Assembly (NCBI GenBank): GCA_947501265.1
Contig: CANMVY010000002.1
Coordinates: 226,859-290,858, forward strand
Direction: 5' to 3'
DNA length: 64,000 nt
Source of the DNA: Bacteroidota bacterium
GTDB lineage: Bacteria; Bacteroidota; Bacteroidia; UBA7662; CANHCV01
The notes beneath the pieces were generated by a model, which saw only the letters and a program-made list of their open reading frames with translations, searched no databases and was not told where the DNA came from. Positions 9,731 through 19,431 of the stretch are shown piece after piece. Positions within the stretch are counted from its first letter, which is position 1; each line of letters begins with the position of its first letter. The translations under genes were made by a program, and so were the position numbers.

Positions 9731-10846
9731 ATGAAAAACTGGATTTTAAAAGGCTGTTTCGGTATTGGACTAACAGCGTTATTGGCCTCATGCGGTGGAG
9801 GTGGTTATGAAGTAACGATTGAGGCAGCAGGAGCCAAAGAAGGTGATACGGTATTGGTTCAATTGCCAGTAGCAGATTCTTCTAGAATTGATACCGTTCT
9901 TGCCGGTGCAGATGGCAAAGTTGTTTTAGAAGGAACGGTAGATGAACCATCTCGTTTTCAAATCATGTTTTTGAGAAAAGACGTTTCTTTCCCTCTATTT
10001 GTTGAGAACAGCTCGATAAACGTAAGTGGAAGCTTGGATTCTTTAGAAAAATTATCCGTTTCGGGATCTCCAACTCACGATGTTTATCGCCAATACCAAG
10101 AATCGGTGTATAAAATTGAAAATCAAATGCAAGAATTGGGTATGTACTACCAAATGGCCCAAGAAAGCAGCAATTACGGATTGATGGATTCCATTGCTCG
10201 CATTGGAGAATCATTGAACAATCAGCGTTTGAACAACATCAAAAGCTTTATCGGGAAAAATAAGAATTCGGTGGTTGCAGCTTTGCTTACCTACGAGAAC
10301 TTCATGGATGCCACTCCCAAAGAAATGGAACAATACTATGCCGGATTTGGAGAAGATGCTCAAAAGTCTCGATACGGTAAGAAAATTAAAGACTTGATTG
10401 ATGCGTACAAAAGAACAGAAATAGGCGCTGTGGCACCCGATATTGAATTGCCCAATTCAAAAGGCGAAAAAATCAAGTTGAGTTCTTTGCGTGGGAAATA
10501 TGTATTGGTAGATTTTTGGGCTTCTTGGTGCGGCCCTTGCCGAAGAGAAAATCCAAACGTTGTTTTGGCTTATTCCATGTACCACGACAAGAATTTTGAA
10601 ATTTACGGAGTGAGTTTGGACGAAGATAAAGCCGCATGGATGGAAGCCGTTCAACAAGACAACTTGCCTTGGATTCACGTAAGTGATTTGAAGGGTTGGA
10701 GATGTGAACCAGCTCGGGTTTATGGGGTAAATTTCATTCCTCAAAACTTCCTTTTGGATCCCAATGGTAAAATCATCGCCAAGAATTTAAGAGGAGACGA
10801 AATTGCTAAAGAGTTGGAAAAGCAACTTGAGAAACCAGCGGTTTAA
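9731..10846 (+). CDS. TlpA-family thiol-disulfide oxidoreductase lipoprotein (thioredoxin fold with an N-terminal beta-rich domain)
   Basis: Lipoprotein signal (LLASCGG). The C-terminal thioredoxin domain carries WASWCGPC. Confidence 0.8.
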   Translation: MKNWILKGCFGIGLTALLASCGGGGYEVTIEAAGAKEGDTVLVQLPVADSSRIDTVLAGADGKVVLEGTVDEPSRFQIMFLRKDVSFPLFVENSSINVSGSLDSLEKLSVSGSPTHDVYRQYQESVYKIENQMQELGMYYQMAQESSNYGLMDSIARIGESLNNQRLNNIKSFIGKNKNSVVAALLTYENFMDATPKEMEQYYAGFGEDAQKSRYGKKIKDLIDAYKRTEIGAVAPDIELPNSKGEKIKLSSLRGKYVLVDFWASWCGPCRRENPNVVLAYSMYHDKNFEIYGVSLDEDKAAWMEAVQQDNLPWIHVSDLKGWRCEPARVYGVNFIPQNFLLDPNGKIIAKNLRGDEIAKELEKQLEKPAV

Positions 10847-10852
10847 TGAAAT

Positions 10853-10890
10853 AAAAAAAGGGGCTGAAAACAGCCCCTTTTTTTTATTTC
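10853..10890. terminator. bidirectional rho-independent terminator
   Basis: Hairpin aaaaaaaggggctg-aaaa-cagcccc followed by T9, placed between convergent genes. Confidence 0.6.
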
Positions 10891-11561
10891 GTATTCCCCA
10901 TACCACCGTCCACTTGAAGAACGGTTCCAGTCATCCACAAATTTGGTTGAAGAAGAAATTGAACAGACGCGGCTAAATCACCGCTCTCTCCTACCCGGCC
11001 AAGTGGATGCCGTTTAGCAGAAGCTTCCATTTTTTCAGGTGTGCTCAATAAGGAAGAAGCTAGAGGAGTATTGGTTAGTGATGGGGCAATGGCGTTTACT
11101 TTGATTTGAGCGGGAGCCCATTCTGCCGCCAAAGAACGCGTCAATCCTTCAACGGCCGATTTGGCGGCTGCAATTGAAGCGTGAAAACCCATTCCCATTT
11201 GAGCTGCAACTGAACTAAAAAGAACCACATTGGCTCCGTTGGCTTTCTTTAACTTGGGCAAACAACCTTGCAAGACGTGAACGGCGCCCAAAACATTCAC
11301 TTGAAAATCATTTTGAAAATCTTCCATGCTAAAGCGATGAAAGGGTTTCAACAAAATGGTTCCGGGAGCATAAACCACCCCGTGTAACTCATCGGGCAAC
11401 GCAGAAAAATCGAAATTTGGCTGCGAAGCATCAAAGGGAATATGAGGCAATCCTTCTACATTTCTTCGTTGTGCAGTAAAAACCTGGTGTCCTTGGCTCT
11501 TTAAAAGATTTGCAACTTCCGCTCCAATTCCACTCGAAGCACCTACCACTAAATAATTCAT
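10884..11561 (-). CDS. SDR family oxidoreductase
   Basis: N-terminal VVGASSGIG Rossmann motif in a 225 aa protein. Confidence 0.8.
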   Translation of the reverse strand: MNYLVVGASSGIGAEVANLLKSQGHQVFTAQRRNVEGLPHIPFDASQPNFDFSALPDELHGVVYAPGTILLKPFHRFSMEDFQNDFQVNVLGAVHVLQGCLPKLKKANGANVVLFSSVAAQMGMGFHASIAAAKSAVEGLTRSLAAEWAPAQIKVNAIAPSLTNTPLASSLLSTPEKMEASAKRHPLGRVGESGDLAASVQFLLQPNLWMTGTVLQVDGGMGNTK

Positions 11562-11602
11562 GTTTCTTTTCTTTCAGAAACAAGAAATGAGCTAGAAATG
11601 TT

Positions 11603-12052
11603 TTACCCTCGAAATTGATCGAGAAGATCGCTAACTTTTTCAGCTTCTTCTGATGTAATATTCTGGTAACCCAACATCAATTCGTTGAAATCAGGTGCGA
11701 TGATTTCTAAAAGAGAAAGTCCTTCTTCGGTGATGGAAATATCGTGCATTCGCCGATTGAGCTCGTTAATTTTTCGTTCAACCAATCCTTTTTGCAAGAG
11801 TTTTTCCATCAATCTGGTGATATTGCTACTTTGGTCCAACATGCGAGACAGAACATCACCTGCGCAAATCGGCTGGGGATATTGTCCGCGAAGAATGCGC
11901 AAAACGTTGTATTGCTGCGAGGTAAGGCCGTGTTTTTTGAAAATCCTTTCAAACTTCAACTCAATAAATCGGGCCGTAAACATCACGTTTACCACCATTT
12001 TGTGGTAAGCATCTTCAAATTGACTTTGTTTGATTTCCTCTTCGATGCGCAT
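11603..12052 (-). CDS. MarR family transcriptional regulator
   Basis: 149 aa winged-helix (LTSQQYNVLRIL...). The size and pattern are typical of MarR. Confidence 0.7.
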   Translation of the reverse strand: MRIEEEIKQSQFEDAYHKMVVNVMFTARFIELKFERIFKKHGLTSQQYNVLRILRGQYPQPICAGDVLSRMLDQSSNITRLMEKLLQKGLVERKINELNRRMHDISITEEGLSLLEIIAPDFNELMLGYQNITSEEAEKVSDLLDQFRG

Positions 12053-12082
12053 GCCCCTATTGTTGTAGTTACAAATATACGA

Positions 12083-14686
12083 CTATTTCAGGATTTGCTT
12101 TAGTTGATGCAGGGTAAACAAAGCATCCATAGGAGTGATGGCATTGGGGTCGATTTGTTCGAGGGCTTTCCGAATTTCTTCCAACTGGGGATCGGAAGTT
12201 TGAAAGAGGTTCATTTGCCATTCGGAAGATTTTTTTGAAACGGTCCTTTTCCCATTTTGGCTACGATGGCTTTCTAAATCGCGAAGGATATCTTCGGAAC
12301 GAGCAACGACTTCGGCAGGAATACCGGCTAATTTGGCAACATGAATCCCGAAACTGTGTTCTGAGCCTCCCTTTTGCAACTTTCGAACAAAAACGATTTG
12401 ATTACCGACCTCTTTTACGGAAACGTTGTAATTTTTGATTCGTTCAAACTGCCCCTCCATTTCATTCAATTCGTGGTAATGGGTTGCAAACAATGTTTTT
12501 GCACGGTGAATGGGTTGTTGATGGAGAAATTCGGCAATGGCCCAAGCAATGGAAATTCCATCATAGGTGGAAGTTCCACGTCCGATTTCATCGAGAAGAA
12601 TTAAGCTACGCGCCGAGATGTTATTCAGAATAGCGGCTGTTTCATTCATTTCAACCATGAAAGTCGACTCGCCGAAGGCTTGATTATCGCTCGCTCCTAC
12701 CCTGGTGAAAATTTTATCGATAACACCCAATTTCGCAGAAGTAGCTGGAACGAAACAACCCATTTGGGCCATCATCACAATCAATGCGGTTTGTCGAAGT
12801 AAGGCCGACTTTCCGGCCATGTTGGGACCGGTAATGATCATGATTTGTTGAGTTTCATGATCTAAAAAAACATCATTGGGGATGTAGTCTTTGCCGTGGG
12901 GTAAAAACCGTTCTATCACCGGGTGTCGCCCACCTTTGATCTCCAAATCATATGACTCATCTACGGAGGGCTGAATGTATTTTCTATCAACCGAAAGCTG
13001 GGCAAAACCCAATAATACATCTGCAGTAGCAATCACTTTTGCATTTTGCTGCAAGACTGGAATGAACTGATTGACAAATTGAATCAATTCTTGGAATAAA
13101 CGGGCCTCCAGGACTTCAATTTTTGATTGTGCTCCCAGAATTTTCTCTTCGTATTCCTTCAATTCAGGGGTTACGTAGCGTTCTGCATTCACCAACGTTT
13201 GTTTCCTGATCCACGTTTCAGGCACCTTGTCCTTGTGCGTGTGAGTTACCTCCAAATAATACCCAAAAACGTTGTTAAAGCTAATTTTCAAGCTGGAAAT
13301 TCCCGTTTGTTGGATTTCTCTTTGTTGAATTTGAATTAAATAATCCTTACCCGAATTGGAAAGACCTCTCAATTCATCCAATTCAGAAGAAATTCCTTTG
13401 GCAATGACTCCACCTTTAACCAACTGGGCTGGGGCATCTTCGTTCAACCAGGTTTTCAAATGCTGCAGAAATTCCGTTTGATCTGTAAGTTGACTTCCCA
13501 AATTTGCCACCTCTAATCCGTTGATTTCTGAAAGTGACTTTTTAACCCTTGGCAATAATTCAACCGATCTTTTCAATTGAACCAATTCCCGAGGATTGAT
13601 TCTTCCGGTTGCTGATTTCCCGATTAGTCGTTCCAAATCTCCCATTTCTTGGAGAATTTCGGAAGTTTGTTTGGCCCATTTTTTATGCTGAATGAAAGAC
13701 GATACAATGGAATGTCGAAATCGTATTTGCTCCAAATCTTTCAGTGGAAACAAGGTCCATTTTCGCAATAATCGTGCTCCCATGGGGGTTTTTGTTGCAT
13801 CTAAAACCTCCACAAAGGATCGACCTTCCGACTGAGGATTTTCCATCAACTCCAAATTTCGAATGGAGAAACGATCGAGAAAAAGGTAATCGAGGGGATG
13901 AATTTTAGAAATCCCTTTGAGGTGAGCTAAATTGGGGTGTCTGGTTTCTTCGAGGTAATACAAAATAATCCCACATGCGATAATGGAAGCTACATCTTCT
14001 TCAATTCCAAATCCTTTCAAGGATTGGGTTTGAAAATGGCGAGTGAGTCGCTCGTAAGTAAAATCGGTTCTGAAAGCCCAATCGTCGAGAGGATGGTGGT
14101 AAAAGCGATGAGCTTGCAATTGAGCCAATTCGGCCGATTTTGATTTCGGAAAGATGATTTCTGCCGGTTGGTAGGATTGAATGATGGCTTCAATGGTGGA
14201 AGGTTTCCCGGAAACGACCATAAATTCGCCGGTTGAAACATCGGCCAAGGCCAATCCAATTTCATTTTCCAAGAATGAAAGTACAGCGAGGTAATTGTTT
14301 TTCTTGTAGTGAAGTAGTTGATCGGAGAGCGAAGTTCCCGGCGTTACCAATTCTGTTACTCCACGTTTGACAATGGTTTTGGTTTCTTTAGGATCTTCGA
14401 GTTGTTCGCAAACGGCTACGCGTTGGCCCGCACGAACAAGTTTTGGCAAATAAACCTCCAAAGAATGGTGCGGGAATCCGGCTAAAGCAACCTCGGTGGC
14501 AGATCCATTTCCACGTTTGGTTAAAACTATTCCGAGAATTTCAGCTGCGAGAACGGCGTCTTCACCAAAGGTTTCGTAAAAATCTCCAACCCGAAATAGC
14601 AAAATTGTCCCAGGGTGTTGGGATTTAATTTGCTCGTACTGCTCCATTAGCGGAGTCTTTCCGCTTTTTCCAGGGGATTTTGCCAC
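12083..14686 (-). CDS. mutS: DNA mismatch repair protein MutS
   Basis: 867 aa with the N-terminal mismatch-binding GDFYE motif and a Walker A GPNMAGKS in the ABC ATPase. Confidence 0.95.
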   Translation of the reverse strand: MAKSPGKSGKTPLMEQYEQIKSQHPGTILLFRVGDFYETFGEDAVLAAEILGIVLTKRGNGSATEVALAGFPHHSLEVYLPKLVRAGQRVAVCEQLEDPKETKTIVKRGVTELVTPGTSLSDQLLHYKKNNYLAVLSFLENEIGLALADVSTGEFMVVSGKPSTIEAIIQSYQPAEIIFPKSKSAELAQLQAHRFYHHPLDDWAFRTDFTYERLTRHFQTQSLKGFGIEEDVASIIACGIILYYLEETRHPNLAHLKGISKIHPLDYLFLDRFSIRNLELMENPQSEGRSFVEVLDATKTPMGARLLRKWTLFPLKDLEQIRFRHSIVSSFIQHKKWAKQTSEILQEMGDLERLIGKSATGRINPRELVQLKRSVELLPRVKKSLSEINGLEVANLGSQLTDQTEFLQHLKTWLNEDAPAQLVKGGVIAKGISSELDELRGLSNSGKDYLIQIQQREIQQTGISSLKISFNNVFGYYLEVTHTHKDKVPETWIRKQTLVNAERYVTPELKEYEEKILGAQSKIEVLEARLFQELIQFVNQFIPVLQQNAKVIATADVLLGFAQLSVDRKYIQPSVDESYDLEIKGGRHPVIERFLPHGKDYIPNDVFLDHETQQIMIITGPNMAGKSALLRQTALIVMMAQMGCFVPATSAKLGVIDKIFTRVGASDNQAFGESTFMVEMNETAAILNNISARSLILLDEIGRGTSTYDGISIAWAIAEFLHQQPIHRAKTLFATHYHELNEMEGQFERIKNYNVSVKEVGNQIVFVRKLQKGGSEHSFGIHVAKLAGIPAEVVARSEDILRDLESHRSQNGKRTVSKKSSEWQMNLFQTSDPQLEEIRKALEQIDPNAITPMDALFTLHQLKQILK

Positions 14687-14714
14687 AGATGATAGATTAA
14701 ATTGAAGAAATCGT

Positions 14715-15671
14715 TTAAAACAATTCCTTGATGATTTGGTCGATGGTTAGTCCTTCTGATTCTGCTTTGTAATTGATCACAACGCGATGGCGCAAAATAT
14801 TTACTGCAACGGCCTGCACATCTTCGATGTCGGGAGAATATTTGCCGTGCAAAATAGCGTGGCATTTGGCTCCAAGCACCAAGTACTGACTTGCACGAGG
14901 GCCTGCACCCCAAGAAACGTATTTCTTTACTTTTTCATTAGCGAATTCGCCATTGGGGCGGGTTTTATGAACCAATTTCACTGCATATTCTAAAACTGAA
15001 TCGTTGATGGGAACTCTTCTCACTAATTCTTGATATTCAAGTATTTCTTGAGCAGAAAGGATATTCTTTAGTTCTGCTTTGTAATTGGAGGTAGTATCGC
15101 GAACAACCCTAACCTCATCGTGGAATTGAGGATAATCCAATGAGATGTTCATCATGAATCGATCCAATTGAGCTTCAGGAAGCGGATAAGTTCCTTCTTG
15201 CTCGATTGGATTTTGGGTAGCGAGTACGAAGAAAGGACTTGGAAGTGAATAGGATTTCCCAGCTACGGTAACTTTGCGTTCTTGCATCGCTTCGAGCAAT
15301 GCAGCTTGGGTTTTGGGGGGAGTACGGTTAATCTCATCGGCCAAGACCAAGTTAGAAAACAAGGGCCCTGGAATAAATTTAAAATGTTTTTGCTCGTCAA
15401 GAATTTCATTCCCCGTGATATCGGATGGCATCAAATCTGGTGTAAACTGAATTCGAGAGAACGATAAATCCAACACCTTAGAAATGGTTTGAACCAAGAG
15501 TGTTTTCGCTAATCCTGGAACACCAACCAATAAACAGTGACCGTTGCACAAAACGGAGGTGATCACCGCATTAACGACTTCTTCTTGTCCGTAAATGGCT
15601 TTACCGATTTCTTGTTGAAGTTCGGCGTATTTGATTTTGAGTTGATCGACTTGAGCTACGTCTGAGTTCAT
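14715..15671 (-). CDS. MoxR-like AAA+ ATPase
   Basis: 318 aa with Walker A GVPGLAKT and the MoxR family pattern. Confidence 0.9.
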   Translation of the reverse strand: MNSDVAQVDQLKIKYAELQQEIGKAIYGQEEVVNAVITSVLCNGHCLLVGVPGLAKTLLVQTISKVLDLSFSRIQFTPDLMPSDITGNEILDEQKHFKFIPGPLFSNLVLADEINRTPPKTQAALLEAMQERKVTVAGKSYSLPSPFFVLATQNPIEQEGTYPLPEAQLDRFMMNISLDYPQFHDEVRVVRDTTSNYKAELKNILSAQEILEYQELVRRVPINDSVLEYAVKLVHKTRPNGEFANEKVKKYVSWGAGPRASQYLVLGAKCHAILHGKYSPDIEDVQAVAVNILRHRVVINYKAESEGLTIDQIIKELF

Positions 15672-15672
15672 A

Positions 15673-16176
15673 TTATTTTTCTACCGTAATTTTTGGTGTA
15701 CCGTTGTTGTGGCATGAATTGCAAGCTCCATTACCAATGGAAGTCATCATGGCTGCTTTTTTTCCAGTTGGACCCGTAACGACAGGGAAAAGTCCGTTCC
15801 CGAAATTGATGCTTTTATTGGTGTAGGCATTCCCTACATCATCTACGGGAAGGGAGATGACTTTGTTTCCGGTTCCGTTAGGTCCGGTAAAAAGTTCGAG
15901 GGTAGAACCGGGCAACACCTTGGTGGTTCCGGTTTGATAAACAGTTCCGCCGATGGACCAAATTCCTTCTTTCGCTGCTTCCCTATCGCCACCTTTAATG
16001 TGGCAAGACATGCAATTTTTTCCAGCATTGTGGCTTTCATCATCACCAAATTCACTTTGGGTAAGTTCTTTGGCGAACCACCTGTTATTGATGCCTTTAT
16101 CGGGCACGTGAGAACAGCCGATTGCTAAAAAAAACAGAAGAAAAAGGGGAAGGAAAACCTTGAACATGTTTTTCAA
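15673..16176 (-). CDS. small lipoprotein with two CXXCH motifs (putative c-type haem binding)
   Basis: Lipobox LAIGCS. CMSCH and CNSCH motifs are separated by about 95 Gly/Thr-rich residues. It is separated from the MoxR start by 1 nt. Confidence 0.5.
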   Translation of the reverse strand: MKNMFKVFLPLFLLFFLAIGCSHVPDKGINNRWFAKELTQSEFGDDESHNAGKNCMSCHIKGGDREAAKEGIWSIGGTVYQTGTTKVLPGSTLELFTGPNGTGNKVISLPVDDVGNAYTNKSINFGNGLFPVVTGPTGKKAAMMTSIGNGACNSCHNNGTPKITVEK

Positions 16177-16220
16177 TTTTTACAAAAATAAAACGCAAAA
16201 GTGGAGTTGCAGTTGCAAAA

Positions 16221-16252
16221 TAAAAAAAGCCCCAAAACGGGGCTTTTTTTTA
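16221..16252. terminator. rho-independent terminator (hairpin flanked by an A-run and a T-run)
   Basis: aaaaaaagcccc-aaaa-cggggcttttttttt, downstream of the 16270..17040 (-) gene. Confidence 0.55.
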
Positions 16253-16269
16253 TGATAGTATGCTTTGAA

Positions 16270-17040
16270 TTACTTCACTGCAACCTTCACAGCTGAAGCA
16301 TTTTCAGCATCGTAATTGTTACCATTCTTTTTCCAAATGATAGCAGCAACTTTCAAATTTTCTTTTTTCCAAGTAGGATCAACATTTACAGTGTAAGTAA
16401 ACTCTTGCTCTGCATCCATGGCAGTGCTTGTAATTGCTTCACCCCAAGCAGATGAACCAGCATTTCCGCGAATTACACCATCGTGATTAGGATTTGATGA
16501 ACCTGATTGTGTTTTTTGGATTCCGTTTTCTAGAATAAGTACTCCCAACTGGTAGTTACCTGATCCTGTTGCAAAAAATTTGGTTTTTGCTTTGATATTG
16601 ATGGTTGAACCTTCGACTGTAGCAGAAACATAAACGTTTGCGTTAGCCGCTTTCGCGTTAATGGTGTTCATGTTGTTCGTAGCCGTTGATTGGTTAGGAT
16701 AGAAGTTAAGGGTATTACCATTTCCGGTTTGGAACATGTGAGGAATTCCATTTTGTTGGAAACGTGACATCAAATTGTTACCAATCAAATCACCAGCTGG
16801 AGAATTTAGACCATCGCTAGATTGAGAAGCAAGACAAACAATTTTATCATCGCCAATAGCTTCCAAGGCACGAAAAACAGGTTTTCCACTAGAACCACAT
16901 GGACCACACCAAGTAGCGCTTCGAGAAATCAAAACGGTCTTCTGAGACTGAGGAATGGTGATGGTTTCAGAAACAGTTGCTTCTTTTGAACAGCTAGCTG
17001 CGAATGCTCCAACAGCCAACAATAGCATGATTTTTTTCAT
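16270..17040 (-). CDS. secreted lipoprotein with a thioredoxin-like CxxC (Omp28-related type)
   Basis: Lipobox AASCS. A WCGPCG motif lies near the N-terminus of the mature protein, and the C-terminal half is Asn/Gly/Thr-rich. Confidence 0.5.
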   Translation of the reverse strand: MKKIMLLLAVGAFAASCSKEATVSETITIPQSQKTVLISRSATWCGPCGSSGKPVFRALEAIGDDKIVCLASQSSDGLNSPAGDLIGNNLMSRFQQNGIPHMFQTGNGNTLNFYPNQSTATNNMNTINAKAANANVYVSATVEGSTINIKAKTKFFATGSGNYQLGVLILENGIQKTQSGSSNPNHDGVIRGNAGSSAWGEAITSTAMDAEQEFTYTVNVDPTWKKENLKVAAIIWKKNGNNYDAENASAVKVAVK

Positions 17041-17114
17041 TGTATTTGGGTTTATTGGTGTGCAATTTAGAGAACTGATTTGGGAAAAGCAAAAATTAAT
17101 TCAAATTTGACGAA

Positions 17115-17924
17115 TTATTTCTCAAAAAATTCAGTTTCATACCCTTCCATAGATCGAACATTCATCACTTTTCCCCCTTCAAACAAAAGGTATTGCGCTT
17201 TTATTCCAATTAATTTACCCGAAACCTTGGGCTCTTTTTCAAAATTAGTGGATGTCACTTTAGAAGGGATTAATATTTGGGGATAAGAAATTAAACACGG
17301 ATTAGTTTCAAGTGGAAAATACGATTGATATGCCTCAGGAAGAACCATTTCAGCCTGGAGAACGGCTTGTTTTATAAGCTCAACATTGGGCCCTTCAGAT
17401 TGGGTAAGCATTCGCTGCCAATTGGTTTTATCGGTAAAATAATCTTTCAAAAATACTTCTATCTCGCCAGCAAGTTGACGGTAAGGAACCTCGGCTATAA
17501 CTTGAACGGCTTCTGCACCTTGGTCGATCCAACGGGTTACCCCCTGAGTTGTTCGGGTTACCCCCACTTTCACTTCCGTGGAGTACGCCAAATAAACGTA
17601 GTGGGGTTGTACGTGATGGAGTTTTTCCCATTCCGGATCACGCCCCAACCCTTCGTGCCCCCTGCACAACTCGGGATGCAGGATGCATTCGGCATTTTCG
17701 GGGGCATTTTGAAAACAAGGATAACAAAATCCCTGACTGAACGACTTATTGGTCTTTTTTCCGCAATTTTTGCAAAAAATTCGACCCGTATATTCAATGG
17801 AAATCTCCTTTCCCAAATATTCATTCAAGGAAAACTCACCTTCTGAAGTTCTCCAAAAATACTCCACTCTCCCACCCTCTTCTTGGAAATGAACGGTTCG
17901 CATTTTTCGGATGGACCCAATCAT
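17115..17924 (-). CDS. DUF2797-like protein with a Cys4 zinc ribbon
   Basis: A CKNCGKK...CYPCF motif in a 269 aa conserved hypothetical. Confidence 0.55.
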   Translation of the reverse strand: MIGSIRKMRTVHFQEEGGRVEYFWRTSEGEFSLNEYLGKEISIEYTGRIFCKNCGKKTNKSFSQGFCYPCFQNAPENAECILHPELCRGHEGLGRDPEWEKLHHVQPHYVYLAYSTEVKVGVTRTTQGVTRWIDQGAEAVQVIAEVPYRQLAGEIEVFLKDYFTDKTNWQRMLTQSEGPNVELIKQAVLQAEMVLPEAYQSYFPLETNPCLISYPQILIPSKVTSTNFEKEPKVSGKLIGIKAQYLLFEGGKVMNVRSMEGYETEFFEK

Positions 17925-18871
17925 GACAAATAACCGGATTTTAAACCATCCAACATCACTTGAACCAATTCATCCATCCCAAATTGATGATTCCAACCCC
18001 AGTCCTTCCTTGCTTCCGAATCGTCTATGGAACCGGGCCAAGAGTCGGCAATTTTCTGACGAAAATCGGGGGCATAATCCATTTCAAAGCCAGGAATAGC
18101 TTTTTTAATGGCTTCGCCTAATTGTTCGGGAGTAAACGATATGGCAGCGAGATTGTAGCTGGTTCGTTCTTTTATTTGTTCAGATGGAGCCTCCATCAAT
18201 TCCAATGTTGCGCGAATGGCATCGTCGATGTACATCATGGGAAGCGGCGTTTCCGGCCCTAAAAAACAGGTAAATTTCTCACCTTTCAACGCTTTGTGAA
18301 AAATATCGATGGCGTAATCGGTTGTTCCTCCACCCGGAAGGGTTTTGTAACTGATGATACCGGGGTACCTAAGGCTGCGAACATCTAACCCGTATTTTTC
18401 GAAATAGTAACGGCACCACAACTCTCCTACCTGTTTGCTCATTCCGTAAACAGTATTAGGATCCATGACTACCTGCTGCGGGGTTTGAACGCGAGGGGTA
18501 TTTGGCCCAAATGCGGCGATGGAACTCGGCCAATACATGCGATGAATTTTATGCTTCACCGCAGCTTCTAAAACCACCAACAATCCACGCATATTGATGT
18601 CCCAAGCCCAGAGCGGGTTTTGTTCGCCACGTGCCGACAAAATAGCAGCAAGGTGATAAATTTGAGAAATCTGATATTTCTCGATGATTCGATCCAATGC
18701 TGGTGCATCGGTGGCATCCAAGATTTCGAAGGACCTTTCTTTATCGGGAAATGCATTTCGAATGTCGGAACAAACGACTTGGGCATTTGGATATTTACGA
18801 ACAAGTGCATCGTACAATTCAGAGCCCAATTGGCCTTCTGATCCAATAATGAGTACATTCATGGATTTCAA
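17921..18871 (-). CDS. NAD-dependent epimerase/dehydratase family protein (L-threonine 3-dehydrogenase-like extended SDR)
   Basis: N-terminal IIGSEGQLG Rossmann motif and a YxxxK active site (YGMSK). The size is about 315 aa. Confidence 0.75.
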   Translation of the reverse strand: MKSMNVLIIGSEGQLGSELYDALVRKYPNAQVVCSDIRNAFPDKERSFEILDATDAPALDRIIEKYQISQIYHLAAILSARGEQNPLWAWDINMRGLLVVLEAAVKHKIHRMYWPSSIAAFGPNTPRVQTPQQVVMDPNTVYGMSKQVGELWCRYYFEKYGLDVRSLRYPGIISYKTLPGGGTTDYAIDIFHKALKGEKFTCFLGPETPLPMMYIDDAIRATLELMEAPSEQIKERTSYNLAAISFTPEQLGEAIKKAIPGFEMDYAPDFRQKIADSWPGSIDDSEARKDWGWNHQFGMDELVQVMLDGLKSGYLS

Positions 18872-19431
18872 TGAATAAATTGTTTAACTTTTTCTAGCGA
18901 TTCTTCCTTGGCCATATCCAAGTCAGCATTCACAATAATGGTATCAAACCGATCTTCAAAAGCCAATTCATGTTTCGCTTTTGACAAACGTAATTGGATT
19001 TTTTCTTCCGTTTCAGTATTTCTAAATCTAAGTCTGGCTTCTAAATCCTGCTCAGTTGGAGGTTTTACAAAAACGGCCAAGGCCTCTGAACCAAAATATT
19101 CTTTCAAATTCAAACCGCCAACCACATCAACATCAAAAATAACCACTTTTCCTTCTTCAAAAATTTGCTCAACTTCACTTTTCAAGGTTCCATAGTAATG
19201 ATCAGGATAGACCTCTTCCCATTCTAAAAAATCATTAGAATGGATGTGAGCCCTAAATTGCTCTGGGGAAAGAAAAAAGTAATCTTTTCCATGAATTTCA
19301 TGGTCTCGTTTTTCACGGCTTGTGGCCGAAACAGAAAACTGCAGTACAGGAAGTTGTTGCATTAAATGGCGAACAAGCGTTGTTTTACCCGCTCCAGATG
19401 GAGCTGAAAAAATAATGGCTTTTCTTTTCAT
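18868..19431 (-). CDS. gmk: guanylate kinase
   Basis: P-loop SAPSGAGKTT with the guanylate kinase fold pattern, in the classic position downstream of yicC. Confidence 0.9.
   Translation of the reverse strand: MKRKAIIFSAPSGAGKTTLVRHLMQQLPVLQFSVSATSREKRDHEIHGKDYFFLSPEQFRAHIHSNDFLEWEEVYPDHYYGTLKSEVEQIFEEGKVVIFDVDVVGGLNLKEYFGSEALAVFVKPPTEQDLEARLRFRNTETEEKIQLRLSKAKHELAFEDRFDTIIVNADLDMAKEESLEKVKQFIH

Noticed and set aside
14647-14913. 88-aa ORF bridging the mutS start and the MoxR end
   Set aside because: It overlaps both well-supported genes out of frame, and its Arg/Cys/Ser-rich composition is typical of a spurious frame.
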